Source: an uncultured Fibrobacter sp.
Lineage (GTDB): Bacteria; Fibrobacterota; Fibrobacteria; Fibrobacterales; Fibrobacteraceae
Reading direction: 5' to 3'
Length of the DNA stretch: 60,481 nucleotides
Assembly (NCBI RefSeq): GCF_937877005.1
Contig: NZ_CALEFV010000051.1
Coordinates: forward strand, 1 to 60,481
Of this stretch, positions 39,234 to 49,770 are shown one piece after another. The translations under genes were made by a program, and so were the position numbers. The notes under the pieces were generated by a model, which was given only the letters and a program-made list of their open reading frames with translations, made no database searches and was not told the origin of the DNA. How positions within the stretch are numbered: the first letter of the stretch is position 1; the number at the start of each line of letters is the position of its first letter.

Positions 39234-41120
39234 ATGAAGAGTCTTTTCAAATACGCCATCGTGGCCGGCCTGTTTACAAGCCTTGCCGTGAGCGACAGCA
39301 CATCCTTCACCATCCATGTCATCGGCGATTCTACGGTCTGCAACTACAAGGATTCCGCATACCCGCAAAAAGGTTGGGGCCAGGTGCTGAACAACTTCTT
39401 CGACGCCTCCCGCGTGAAAGTAAACAATGTGGCCATTGGCGGGCGCAGTTCCAAGAGTTTCATCGTTGACGGGCGTCTAAAAAGCCTCGAGCCAAACATC
39501 CAGAAAGGGGATTTCGTGTTCGTGCAGTTCGGGCATAACGACCGCACCGCAAACAAGCCGGAACGCTACGTGCCCCAGGATTCCTTCCCGTATTACATGA
39601 AGCAGTACATCACGACGGCGCAAAAGCGCGGGGCAACCCCGGTGCTGGTTTCAACCGTCACCATGAGCGGGTCGCGCAACGTATTTTCTACCGGGAGCAA
39701 CAACTACGATTCCCGCGGCATGATGCTAAAACTTGCGAAGGATTACAAGATTCCCTTCGTAGACCTGAACATGAAATCCTACAATACCTATAACAATACA
39801 TACAAAGGAATGATGGATTCGTATGTCAAGAAATTCCTTTATATGCAACTGGATGCAGGACTTTACCCCAACTACCCCAACGGCAGTAACGACGGGAATA
39901 CGCACTTCCAGGAAATGGGCTCCATGGGCCACGGCACCATGATTGCAGAAGAACTGGAAAGGGGCGTAAACGACACCTTCCTTTCGCCCGAATCAAAGGC
40001 AGAACTCACAAAGCTCGTTTCGGCGTTACGCCCCCGCTACAAGGTGACCGTAAAGGCGAACATCGCGACAAAGGGCGCTATCACGCAGGATCAGAGTTTC
40101 CCGGGAGGTTCCCCCATGACCCTTCGGGTGGCCCCCGCAAGTGGCGAGACCTTTGAATACTGGGCAGACGAGAATTGCAAGAAGATTTCGTCCAACAAGC
40201 TCTACTACGGTTTCAAGACGCCCAACCACAATACGACCTACACCGCCATGTTCAAGGGCGGCGCCGCCTGTGTCGCAAGCTCAACTACCGAAAACGAAAG
40301 TTCCAGCTCTGTAATGCCCGCTTCTTCCAGTTCCGAAATCCCGCAATCCAGTTCCGCCATCGTAGAATGCTCCAACCTCAAGGGAATCAAGGCTTGGCCG
40401 TCTCCCATCGATATGGCGAACCCGGACAAGGGAGACGGCACCACCGACACGAATCACGAGGGCTACGTAGGCAAGGGATTTTTCAACTTGACCAACGACA
40501 TTTCCAGCACAGCTATGTACAAGCTCACTTCCGACAGGTCAGCCACCAACGCGCGAGTTATGGTGCGCTACGCATTTGACGGAACCGAAAATCGCGATAT
40601 GAAAATCAAGATCGATGCAGTCACCTACGATATAAAGCTACCCCCTACCGGCGGCTGGGATATCTGGGACACCGCCTACGTGGAAGACGTTTGGCTCGAT
40701 GCCGTGGATTTCGACATGGTCCTCTATTCCACGACAAATAACGGAGGCCCCAACATTGACATGGTGTCCTTTACCAACGAGGCCGTACACCGGGTCGGAT
40801 GCCCCGTCGCCGAAGTACTCAAGGACTCTAGCGGCACGCAGGACCCCGAAAAGGGCACCACCATCGCCGCCACCATGCAAAAGAAGCAAATGGGTTTTGA
40901 CCCTCGGAACCTCACCTTCCGTTCTGCCGGCGGCTTGGCACACATACAAATCATGAATGCACTCGGCAAGACGGTTGTTGACGAGACCCGCATGGTTTCG
41001 GCCGGCAGCACAGCACTCCTGCAGGGAGGCGCTCGGCTTTCGGCCGGTCGCTACTACCTGCGCATAGAACTTGACGGGAAAATCGCCATTTTGGCGCATT
41101 TTGCGGTTTCAAGAGAATAA
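39234..41120 (+). CDS. CE12 rhamnogalacturonan acetylesterase (SGNH) with CBM35-like module
   Basis: GDSTV, GWGQ, AIGGRSSKSF, QFGHND, NTHF. Confidence 0.88.
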   Translation: MKSLFKYAIVAGLFTSLAVSDSTSFTIHVIGDSTVCNYKDSAYPQKGWGQVLNNFFDASRVKVNNVAIGGRSSKSFIVDGRLKSLEPNIQKGDFVFVQFGHNDRTANKPERYVPQDSFPYYMKQYITTAQKRGATPVLVSTVTMSGSRNVFSTGSNNYDSRGMMLKLAKDYKIPFVDLNMKSYNTYNNTYKGMMDSYVKKFLYMQLDAGLYPNYPNGSNDGNTHFQEMGSMGHGTMIAEELERGVNDTFLSPESKAELTKLVSALRPRYKVTVKANIATKGAITQDQSFPGGSPMTLRVAPASGETFEYWADENCKKISSNKLYYGFKTPNHNTTYTAMFKGGAACVASSTTENESSSSVMPASSSSEIPQSSSAIVECSNLKGIKAWPSPIDMANPDKGDGTTDTNHEGYVGKGFFNLTNDISSTAMYKLTSDRSATNARVMVRYAFDGTENRDMKIKIDAVTYDIKLPPTGGWDIWDTAYVEDVWLDAVDFDMVLYSTTNNGGPNIDMVSFTNEAVHRVGCPVAEVLKDSSGTQDPEKGTTIAATMQKKQMGFDPRNLTFRSAGGLAHIQIMNALGKTVVDETRMVSAGSTALLQGGARLSAGRYYLRIELDGKIAILAHFAVSRE

Positions 41121-41146
41121 TTTACAAAAAATTTTGAAATTTTTTC

Positions 41147-41185
41147 TTGCATTTTTAAAAATTTTATAGTACATTTTGTAGTACA
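41147..41185 (+). promoter_or_regulatory. Promoter (TTGCAT-17-TACATT) overlapped by direct repeat TATAGTACA-ttt-TGTAGTACA
   Basis: -35 at 41147-41152, -10 at 41170-41175, repeats at 41165-41173 and 41177-41185. Confidence 0.7.
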
Positions 41186-41216
41186 AGTATAAACGCGTGT
41201 TCAAAGGGATGGAATT

Positions 41217-42881
41217 ATGGATTACAAAACTGAAATCAAGGGCTACGATACCCTTGTCAAAACCGCCACGATGGTGACTGTCGCAGCGCTTCTGGCAGCT
41301 TTCTCTATGGCAGAAGCCGCAGAAAACTACAAGTTCGACTTTGGCGAGGGCCCGGTTGCCGCGGGCTACACGCAGGTCAAGGCCAACACCAAGTACAGCG
41401 ACTCGCAGGGCTACGGTTTCGAAAGCGGGACGGTTTCTTCGGTAGACCGCCTGTGGGACGACGACCTCACCACGGATTTCCTGACGGCGAAGGGCGACAT
41501 GGTTTTCTCGGTGGCGCTCCCGCAAGGCAATTACGAGGTGACATTCATTCTCGGTGACGGCGAAAACGAAAGCGAAACCACCGTATGGGCCGAAAACCGC
41601 AAGCTCATGCTCGACCGCATCACCCTCGCCGGCGGCGTGTTCAGCAGGCAGACCGTTTCGCTCAGGCGTATGGAAACAAGAAGCATGGACGGCTCGGTGA
41701 CCATGAGCATCAAGGACCGCGAAAAGGATTACCGCACCTGGGACAAAAAACTCACCTTCGTCATCAGCGGCAAGGCGCCCGCCGTCGCAGGAATCGAAAT
41801 CAAGCGTAACGACAACGTGACCACGCTCTGGCTCTGCGGAAATTCCACCGTGGTCGACCAGATAATGGCACCGTGGGCGGGCTGGGGCCAGATGGCCCCG
41901 GGATTTTTCAAATCCAGCCTTGCCATCGCGAACTACGCCGAATCGGGCCTTACCGCCAGCGGGTTCTACAGCATGAAGCGCCTCGCAAAGATTCTTTCCG
42001 AAGTCAAGAAGGGCGACTTCGTGACCGTGCAGTTCGCGCACAACGACCAGAAGAACCAAAACGACGTGAACAACTACGAAGCGACCCTCACCAAGTACGC
42101 AAACGAAATCAAGGCGAAGGGCGCCATTCCGCTGTTCGTGACATCCACCGCAAGGCAGAACGAGACCGACCCGAAAACAGCCGTGGGCGGGCTTCCCGAA
42201 CGTATGCGCGCCCTCGGCAAAAAGCTCGGCGTCACCGTGCTTGACCTGAACCAGCACAGCATCACGCTCGGCAAGGCGCTCGGAGGCAACAAGGAAAAAA
42301 TGTACATGTACACCGCGAGCGACAAGACGCACTTCTGCGAATACGGCGCCTACGAACTCGCCCGCGCGAACATCGAAGAAATCAAGGCGAAGGTACCCGA
42401 ACTCGCCAAGCACCTGCGCGATGATCATGATGCGTTCGATTCCAGCAAGCCCGATCCGCTCGACATTCTCACTCGGGCAAAGACGCCCATCACCGAAGGC
42501 GGGCTGATTCAAGTGGAACCGGAATCCAGCTGTTCCGAAGATCCGGAATCCTCTTCAAGCGAAGAAATCACCGGTCCGCAGTCTTCCAGCGCAGAAGGCG
42601 CATCTTCCGGCACAGAAGATACCGAAGGCGTCACCGCTGTTGAATCCTTGACTCCGCACAACGCCATCAGCGGGCGAATCGACGGTAGCACGCTCCGTCT
42701 CGAAGGCATCGACGGAGGCGCGCACGACATCAGCATCTTTGACATGCAGGGTCACCGCATCGCTGAATTCCGCGCCATGCAGGGGAACGAACTCCACATC
42801 ACCCTGCGGCAAGGAGCCTTCCTCGTCAAGGTCGCGCAAGGCAACAGAACTCTCGGTTTTTTCAAAGCCGTAAGGTATTAA
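41217..42881 (+). CDS. CE12 rhamnogalacturonan acetylesterase (RhgT/YesT-like)
   Basis: YKFDFG N-terminal domain, GNSTVVDQ..PWAGWGQM, NYAESG, QFAHND, DKTH. Confidence 0.9.
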   Translation: MDYKTEIKGYDTLVKTATMVTVAALLAAFSMAEAAENYKFDFGEGPVAAGYTQVKANTKYSDSQGYGFESGTVSSVDRLWDDDLTTDFLTAKGDMVFSVALPQGNYEVTFILGDGENESETTVWAENRKLMLDRITLAGGVFSRQTVSLRRMETRSMDGSVTMSIKDREKDYRTWDKKLTFVISGKAPAVAGIEIKRNDNVTTLWLCGNSTVVDQIMAPWAGWGQMAPGFFKSSLAIANYAESGLTASGFYSMKRLAKILSEVKKGDFVTVQFAHNDQKNQNDVNNYEATLTKYANEIKAKGAIPLFVTSTARQNETDPKTAVGGLPERMRALGKKLGVTVLDLNQHSITLGKALGGNKEKMYMYTASDKTHFCEYGAYELARANIEEIKAKVPELAKHLRDDHDAFDSSKPDPLDILTRAKTPITEGGLIQVEPESSCSEDPESSSSEEITGPQSSSAEGASSGTEDTEGVTAVESLTPHNAISGRIDGSTLRLEGIDGGAHDISIFDMQGHRIAEFRAMQGNELHITLRQGAFLVKVAQGNRTLGFFKAVRY

Positions 42882-42904
42882 CTCTCTCGCAACAACACAC
42901 CTCC

Positions 42905-42938
42905 AAAAAATCCCCGGCCGATTGGTCGGGGATTTTTT
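42905..42938. terminator. Bidirectional intrinsic terminator between convergent operons
   Basis: aaaaaatccccggcc...ggtcggggatttttt. Confidence 0.85.
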
Positions 42939-42954
42939 TATCGCTATAAGAAAA

Positions 42955-45732
42955 CTACTTGCGAATCACCTTGATGGTCTTGTTCATATTCTTGCCGTCA
43001 ACAAAAGTTCCACGGACATTCACAAGATAGATTCCGCAGCCATAGGGCCTCAAGTCAGCCGAAGCCACTCCATTTGAAGATACAACAGATTTCTGCATCA
43101 TCACGCTCTTACCACTCATATCGGTAACGGTAATGCGAGCCTGAGCCGGAATTCCATTCAGTAACACGACATTATTCGAAACAACTGCAGAAAAGCGCCT
43201 CAAGTCGCCCTCGGCAACTCTCAAGGCGGTCGTTTCGCCCTGCGAAGAATCCGCTTCGTTTGTCATGGACTGTCCCTGCGTCACGCCGATGTAGCGGCTA
43301 AAGGTATCGCCCGCGTTGTCCTTCAGCGTAAATTGCACATAGCCCGCACCCGCAAAGCTGTCGGCGAGTTTCACCGTCAACCTGGAACCGCTCACGGTCG
43401 CCGTCACGCCGCTCGGAGCCGACACGGTGTAGGTTCCGCCGTCGTAACCGCGGGTAAACTGCGAAAGGTCTATCACCTGGGTTTCGCCCTTCGCGAAGGT
43501 GTAGTGCGCGCGGGCCATCCATTCCAGGTAGCGTTCCAGTTCCGTCCAGCCGTCACCCAGGCGGTCCTTGTTTGCATCGCTAAAATCGCCGCTCTTGGAT
43601 TTCGGATTGTAGCCGTACATATTTTCCCACCAGTCAGGAAGCCCGTCCAAATCGCTGTCGTAATCATCAGCCCAACTCACGCTCGGGTACGGTTCCCATC
43701 CCTTGATGTTCGCCGTATCCTTCACGTCGGTTTCGCGGTCGGGAATGCCCGCCATGCCGCCCACGGAGCCTCTCATGCTGTAAGTTCCGTTCTTGGTCTC
43801 GTCTATCACGCGGGTATCGTGATTGTCAAGTACCGGCATGCGCTGGCCCACATCGCTCAGCACATCCTTGTAGGCGGCCTTCGCGCTCTGGACAGTCGCA
43901 TACGAGGCAAAGAAGGGCTTGCTGTTCCAGGGTTCCCAATCCAGCACCTGCCCGCCGGAAAGCGAATACTCGCGACCGCAATTGTCGTTGGTGCCGTCGC
44001 AGGTGAACTTGCCGCCCGCAGCCTCGAGAACGTTATTGTGATAGTAATACGCCTGCGAACCCTTGCCCGTACCTTCGAACTGCGCACGCAATGTATAGCC
44101 GTGCAAGGTGGTGGCGGCGCCCTCCTTGTAGTAATTGCCCACGAAGTTCACCTCGTGCGCACCGCCATCGGTCACGCGGCTCACCCAGTTATAGACAACG
44201 TTATTGAATATGTCAAGGCGACCCGCGTAGTAGCCGTTCCCGTCGAGGCCACCGCCCAGGCTCCAGTTGCGGCCCGCATTGTGCGCAAGCAGGTTGTGGT
44301 GGAAACTGCCGATATCGCCGCCGATGGTCGCCGCGTACCCGTGCCCCGTCCCGACAGGGTAATTCTGGTGGTCCGCAATGTTCAGCGCTTCCGAAATCAG
44401 CGTGCGCTGCAGCGTAAGGTTCTTGCCGCCTCGGCTACTGAAGGCTTCGTCAATCGTCCAGCTGATGCTCGCATGGTCCAATATGCTGTGGTCGCCGCCG
44501 GTGAGCCCCATACCGTCGTAGGTAGCGCCGTAGCCCAGGCGCACGCGCATGAAGCGGATGACCATGTCCTTGCCCGTGAACCCGATGGGGGCGCTCTTGA
44601 TGGTAATACCCTTGCCGGGAGCCGTCTGCCCCGCAATCGTCACGTAATCCTGATTGCAGACCAGGCGCGATTTCAGCTGGATCATTCCCGACACCTTGAA
44701 CACGATGGTACGCGGGCCAATTTCTGCTGTGCACGCCTCGCGCAAGGAGCCTGCACCGTCATCGTTCAGGTTCGTCACATACACCACCTTGCCGCCACGG
44801 CCACCCAGGGCGTTGCGGCCATAACCTTCGGCACCTTCGAACGCGACGCGGCCCGGCTTGAACGACCAGACATTCCCTGCCGTAACTGTTCCGTTCGCAT
44901 CGACCTCATCTACGCGCCAGTAGTATGTCTGGAGCGGAGTCGTACCGCTCACCTTATACGAACTGCCGGATTGTTCACCCTTGTAAACCGCAGTACTCGA
45001 GGGCGTTGCCGCAAGCACAGCCGCCGAATCCGTCCCGAAATAGACGCGATGCTTTACGGCTGACTTCGCCGCCGTCCACGAAAGCGTCAGCGCTCCGTTT
45101 TCGTGCGGAGCGTGATAATCCAGATCCGCAGGCGAAGGCCCTGTCGCCTGTGCCGCCGCATTGGGCACGTTCAGCTCAAAGCCGTTCAGGGTAACCGTTC
45201 CCGTATTCAGCTTTATCGCGGTCGAGGCACCCGTACCGCTTACATTAAAAGTCACGTAGGCAATCGCCGCCTCGCCTGTCGAGAGCGCACGATTCGTGGG
45301 CTTGACCGACGCCTGCTTCGAGTTGTTCACGTAGACATCGATGCTGTTGCTTGCTGCAATTCCATCGACATTGTTCAGGTACAACAAGAGACTGTGCGTC
45401 CCTGCCGCAAGATTCGAGAAGGTGAGCGTAATCGCCCCACCGCCTTCGACCATCACGCCGTCGCACACAAGGCGCGCATAGCTCGGGGACTGCACCCCGG
45501 CCTTGTACCAGTTGGCCTTGAGGTTCGCGCTTCCGGCGACATTCACCTTCACACCCGAAAGCGTCGTATCTTTCGAAGCGACACCCGAAACCACCCAGGG
45601 CACGTAATTCGGTTCCGTAACCTCGCTCGAATTGCGGCCGCTCATGTCAAAATCGACCTTGATGACGGGCGATGCAGCAAAGGCAAGCGCCGCCGAGAGG
45701 CCCAAGACGCGAATAGAGTTCAAACATCCCAT
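42955..45732 (-). CDS. Pectate lyase family 1-like multidomain protein
   Basis: AFEGAEGYG...GGRGGKVVYVTNLNDDGAGSLR, IAGQTAPGKG, DHASISWTIDE, HHNLLAH, DSDLDGLPDWWE; AAAGGAG RBS before ATG 45732. Confidence 0.9.
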   Translation of the reverse strand: MGCLNSIRVLGLSAALAFAASPVIKVDFDMSGRNSSEVTEPNYVPWVVSGVASKDTTLSGVKVNVAGSANLKANWYKAGVQSPSYARLVCDGVMVEGGGAITLTFSNLAAGTHSLLLYLNNVDGIAASNSIDVYVNNSKQASVKPTNRALSTGEAAIAYVTFNVSGTGASTAIKLNTGTVTLNGFELNVPNAAAQATGPSPADLDYHAPHENGALTLSWTAAKSAVKHRVYFGTDSAAVLAATPSSTAVYKGEQSGSSYKVSGTTPLQTYYWRVDEVDANGTVTAGNVWSFKPGRVAFEGAEGYGRNALGGRGGKVVYVTNLNDDGAGSLREACTAEIGPRTIVFKVSGMIQLKSRLVCNQDYVTIAGQTAPGKGITIKSAPIGFTGKDMVIRFMRVRLGYGATYDGMGLTGGDHSILDHASISWTIDEAFSSRGGKNLTLQRTLISEALNIADHQNYPVGTGHGYAATIGGDIGSFHHNLLAHNAGRNWSLGGGLDGNGYYAGRLDIFNNVVYNWVSRVTDGGAHEVNFVGNYYKEGAATTLHGYTLRAQFEGTGKGSQAYYYHNNVLEAAGGKFTCDGTNDNCGREYSLSGGQVLDWEPWNSKPFFASYATVQSAKAAYKDVLSDVGQRMPVLDNHDTRVIDETKNGTYSMRGSVGGMAGIPDRETDVKDTANIKGWEPYPSVSWADDYDSDLDGLPDWWENMYGYNPKSKSGDFSDANKDRLGDGWTELERYLEWMARAHYTFAKGETQVIDLSQFTRGYDGGTYTVSAPSGVTATVSGSRLTVKLADSFAGAGYVQFTLKDNAGDTFSRYIGVTQGQSMTNEADSSQGETTALRVAEGDLRRFSAVVSNNVVLLNGIPAQARITVTDMSGKSVMMQKSVVSSNGVASADLRPYGCGIYLVNVRGTFVDGKNMNKTIKVIRK

Positions 45733-45837
45733 ACAAAACTCCTTTCTGCCCACAAAAATACCCTCGGATTTGCTCCGGGGGTAGGGTAAAAGAAATTTCC
45801 AGTTGTCCGCGGACTACGGCGGGCACCTGCGGTGCCA

Positions 45838-48084
45838 CTACTTTGCGAATGTGGGCTGCATTGCCTTGCGGTTGCCTGCACGCCGGGCATTCACCGCGCG
45901 GCCATTCACGTAGAACCGCTTGCCTGTGCGGGCCTTGGATATTTCCGCAGGGGCAATCTTGCGCAGTACGGTCGTACCGGAGTCTGCCCGCACGAACTCA
46001 ATCTTGTCGATATTCGGGGCACCGTCTTCCGTGAGCGACGCAATTTCCAAGGTGTTTACGCCGGCAGGAATCTTGAGCGTCAATTCCGCATCGTTCCATG
46101 TGGTCCATCCACCCGTCGGCTCCAGGTCCAGCTTTTCTAACAGAACCTTGCCGTTTACCGAAATGCTTACGGGGCGGTTCGCACTCCCGCCATTTGCGAA
46201 AGTCAGCTTGACATTGCGTTCATCGCCTTCGGGTAGGCAAAGTGCAAACGTAATCGAGGAACCCACCGCATTGTTCAGGTTCGCGTAGCCCTTGCCCGAA
46301 AAGCCTTCGTGCTTGTCCTCGAAAAGCGTCTGATTGAATACGGTATTTTCCGCCTCATATTTGAGCGAATCCTTGCCCACGAACTTGAACGCGGCACCAA
46401 GATTCACGTCCTTCGCGAGACTTGTCACAATGTATTCCTTGTCGAGCCCGCTTGCATCTCCGCTCCAGCCTGCAAATTCCCAGCCGTCCAGAGGTGTCGC
46501 GGTAAATGTGACATTCGAGCCCTCGGGAATTTCCGTGCCGGCAATATTCTGGGCAATCGTCCCGCCAGTTCCCGCATCGAGCGACACCTTGTAGCTCTTG
46601 CCCGACTTGATTAGTTCGATGTCGTCGACAGCAATCCACTGGCTAGAAGAACCCGCGGTGCTAAACCCGATGGTTATCTTCCCGTTCGTCACGGTGATGT
46701 TTTCCACTGCCTTCTTCGTCCAGTTGCCTGCAGCCGCGGCAATAGACACGCTCTGCTCGCTGCCGCCGAAATCCTTCGCGAACATCTTCGCGGAACTCTG
46801 CCCACCGCTACTCTGCACATAGGCGCTCAGGGTGTACTTCCCGTTGGGCACCGTCAATGTCTGCGTAAGCGTCTTGCTGTCCGTCAGGTAGAGCCCCCAG
46901 CGGCCCGTGCGTTTCTTGGATGTGGAATTGATATTGTTGGCATCGGCCTTGTCCAGTTTCCAGCCCGTCAAGGTCGTCTGGCTCACGCGATCCGCCTCGA
47001 ATGTCGGATTCAGGCAATAGTTGTTGCCCGCGCCCACGCTCCACGTGCCTTCCTTCACGTTGATGTTCCACTCGCTCAGGGAATGGAACACGGGTTTGCC
47101 CGTCTCGAAAGAAATAGGCAGCCACTGGTTGTAACCGAGTCCATTCCCTGCGAAATCGCTCCAGCGGTCACCCGCGTTCACCACAAACGAACCCTTCGAG
47201 CCCTTCACCATGACAAAGAACCCGGTCTGAGTCACGTGACTAAAGTCGTGCTGCGTTCCTTCAAGTACGAACTCTTCGCTGTAGGGGCCCAGGATGTTTG
47301 TCGCCGACATGCAATACGTCTGCGAAGTGTTCCAGCCGTGCAAATCAGAAGAGCAGAAGTAGTAAACGCCGTTCTGCTTGAACATGGCGTTCCCTTCGCG
47401 GCCACCCACGCGACTCTTGTGGATATTCACCGTCCTGGAACCGTCAATCGCCAAAAAATCCGATTCACGGAGCGGTGCTACATACAAGTTAGTACGGCCC
47501 TTCACGTTAGACGCAATCACGTACGCCTTGCCGTCATCATCCTGGAAAAGCGTCTGGTCGCCGGTATTGTTGTTCACGAAGAACGTCATCTCGCTTTCGG
47601 GCTGCACGCGTGCAAACTTGAACGGCCCCGTAGGGGAATCGCTGGTAGCAAAATACTCGCCGAATTCCCAGCTCGGGCTTGCACCCTGGCCCGCGAGCAC
47701 ATACTTCTTACTCTTCGCGTTGTACACGACGCCAATGCGCCCGAACCATCCACCGCCCGCTTCGCTCGGCTTCAGCACGATTCCCTCGAATTTCCAGTTG
47801 ACCAAATCCTTCGAGGAATAGCAGGTGACGCCCGCAAATCCGGTATCGTCGTTTTTCTTGGTAGGGTTCGCCGCGTATGTAACGGCGCCGTTGTACTTGA
47901 CTCCGTACCAGTAGAACGTATCGCCCACCTGGAGCACGCCACCGCCCTGCGAATAGATAAAGTTGCCGTCTGTATCTTTCCAGAAACGGTCATTTACGAT
48001 AGTCTGCGCCGTAGCCGTACCGGCAAGGGATGCAACAAGCAATCCCCCGGCAAGCGCCGTCTTGAATAAACTCATCTTTTTCAT
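45838..48084 (-). CDS. GH43 hydrolase (resembles subfamily 24 beta-1,3-galactanases) with B-repeat and CBM35-like modules
   Basis: WKDTDGN.I..QGGG...GDTFYWYG, YSSKDLVNW, DQTLFQDDDGKAY, REG..MFK, GDRW. Confidence 0.8.
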   Translation of the reverse strand: MKKMSLFKTALAGGLLVASLAGTATAQTIVNDRFWKDTDGNFIYSQGGGVLQVGDTFYWYGVKYNGAVTYAANPTKKNDDTGFAGVTCYSSKDLVNWKFEGIVLKPSEAGGGWFGRIGVVYNAKSKKYVLAGQGASPSWEFGEYFATSDSPTGPFKFARVQPESEMTFFVNNNTGDQTLFQDDDGKAYVIASNVKGRTNLYVAPLRESDFLAIDGSRTVNIHKSRVGGREGNAMFKQNGVYYFCSSDLHGWNTSQTYCMSATNILGPYSEEFVLEGTQHDFSHVTQTGFFVMVKGSKGSFVVNAGDRWSDFAGNGLGYNQWLPISFETGKPVFHSLSEWNINVKEGTWSVGAGNNYCLNPTFEADRVSQTTLTGWKLDKADANNINSTSKKRTGRWGLYLTDSKTLTQTLTVPNGKYTLSAYVQSSGGQSSAKMFAKDFGGSEQSVSIAAAAGNWTKKAVENITVTNGKITIGFSTAGSSSQWIAVDDIELIKSGKSYKVSLDAGTGGTIAQNIAGTEIPEGSNVTFTATPLDGWEFAGWSGDASGLDKEYIVTSLAKDVNLGAAFKFVGKDSLKYEAENTVFNQTLFEDKHEGFSGKGYANLNNAVGSSITFALCLPEGDERNVKLTFANGGSANRPVSISVNGKVLLEKLDLEPTGGWTTWNDAELTLKIPAGVNTLEIASLTEDGAPNIDKIEFVRADSGTTVLRKIAPAEISKARTGKRFYVNGRAVNARRAGNRKAMQPTFAK

Positions 48085-48095
48085 AAACCACCCCG

Positions 48096-49754
48096 TTATT
48101 TTGAATAAGTCCTGATTCTCGATGCCTTGCGGTCACCTGTACGCAGCGCATTTACCGAGCGACCGTTCACGTAGAACAGGCGGCCCGGCTGCTGCATGTT
48201 CGGCTTGCGTTGCGGAAGCGGGCGCACAAACGTCGTCGAATCACCCACAGAAACTTCCGTAGAATCCGCAATCGTATCGACCGGCGCAACCGACGTATCG
48301 ACCGGAACGACAATCGGCGTTACAGCAGTATCCTTCGGCGTGGTATCGACCGGCACTATAACAGGCGACACATAGCCGTATTCGTATGCGCCCAGGTCCG
48401 GAGCCTTGCCCTCGTACTTGAGACCCATGTTCACGCCCTTGTCAATCATCTGGCTGTTCTTTGCGAGCTTCAGGAAGTCAACATCCGGAAGGCTACCGTC
48501 GGCCTGGCGCGGGCCGAACGCACCGCCGAGAGGCCCGAGTTCCCTGCCCGTCACGGTCATGCTCGGGTCCGACACGCTCACGAAATCCGATTCCTTCGGG
48601 GTGATGTTCAGGTTCCAGGTATTGTATTCGCCCGCCGCATATTCACCGCCGATGTAGGCCGTCTTGTTCGGGAAGGCAATGTTATTCTTCATTACGTGAG
48701 CCTTGCTGCCCTTGAGCACGACACCGTCGGTGCGGTTGTCATTTGCATCCCAGGTGCTCGCCCACATGTTGAACGCCGTGCCGTTCATATAGGCCGTATT
48801 GTTGAACCAGTCGTTACCGCCGCTGCTGTGGTTTGCGTAAAAGCCCGACGCCTTGTTTTTCCAGGCGACGCAGTTGCGGATGGTGTGGCGCACACCCGTC
48901 TTGCTGCTCCCCGCCTTGAAACCGTTGCCGTTGCCATCCTTCGGTTTGCCGGTCCCGTAGTTGCTGTAGCCGTGGCCCATCGCCCAGCTGTTCTCGATAA
49001 CCACCGGGAACTCCTGGCTAATAAAATCCCAGCCGTCGTCGCTGTTCCACCAGGCACGGCAACCGATGAACTTCGTTGTATCGCCACCCTGCTGGTAGTG
49101 CACGCCAAAGCCATCGGCATTCTGGCCGTCTCCCTGGCGTCCGTTGGGGTCGTAGTTGTCGTGACTGTCGCAGTTCAAGAACAAATGTCCGCCGCCGCTT
49201 CCCGAGCCCTTCTCGTTTACGAAGAATCCCGAACCGCCGTTGTGGTGGCTATCGATCAGTTCCAAGAAGATATGCTTACTGCGGGACACGTACACGCCCA
49301 CATTCGATTCGCCCTTCATGGGAACGTTCTTGACTTCGAGCCCCTTCAAGTGCAAGTACTGCGCCTGAATGAGGATACCCGAAGTGTACCTTACGTTGTT
49401 CGAACCGTTGGCAATCGGCATCTTGCTGAAGTCAATGACCGGCTTTTCGCCCGGGTACGCGAGGTAATGAATGCGCTTGTTGTCACTTGAACCGCTCTTG
49501 GTCAGGTGAATGCCCGCGAACATGTTGTCGTTTTTCACATAGTTCGTGTCCGTGTGCAGGTAGGTGCCGCCGCGAATCCACACGGTATCGCCCGCGTTCA
49601 CCACGGAATTCGCCTTGTTGAGGGTCGCAAACGGGCTATCCTTCGTTCCCTTGTTCGTATTCTTGCCAGCGGGGGCCACGTAGTAGGTCGCCCCGAAAGT
49701 TTCCGCAGCAGCCAGGGCAATCACGGCCGCACACAACACGCGCTTCATTTTCAT
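48096..49754 (-). CDS. Polysaccharide lyase family 9 (PelL/RG lyase-like)
   Basis: YYVAPAG..GT...PFAT, NADGFG, WNSDDGWD, GNGNGFKAG, APDLGAYE. Confidence 0.9.
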   Translation of the reverse strand: MKMKRVLCAAVIALAAAETFGATYYVAPAGKNTNKGTKDSPFATLNKANSVVNAGDTVWIRGGTYLHTDTNYVKNDNMFAGIHLTKSGSSDNKRIHYLAYPGEKPVIDFSKMPIANGSNNVRYTSGILIQAQYLHLKGLEVKNVPMKGESNVGVYVSRSKHIFLELIDSHHNGGSGFFVNEKGSGSGGGHLFLNCDSHDNYDPNGRQGDGQNADGFGVHYQQGGDTTKFIGCRAWWNSDDGWDFISQEFPVVIENSWAMGHGYSNYGTGKPKDGNGNGFKAGSSKTGVRHTIRNCVAWKNKASGFYANHSSGGNDWFNNTAYMNGTAFNMWASTWDANDNRTDGVVLKGSKAHVMKNNIAFPNKTAYIGGEYAAGEYNTWNLNITPKESDFVSVSDPSMTVTGRELGPLGGAFGPRQADGSLPDVDFLKLAKNSQMIDKGVNMGLKYEGKAPDLGAYEYGYVSPVIVPVDTTPKDTAVTPIVVPVDTSVAPVDTIADSTEVSVGDSTTFVRPLPQRKPNMQQPGRLFYVNGRSVNALRTGDRKASRIRTYSK

Positions 49755-49770
49755 ACCTCGCCTCATCCTG

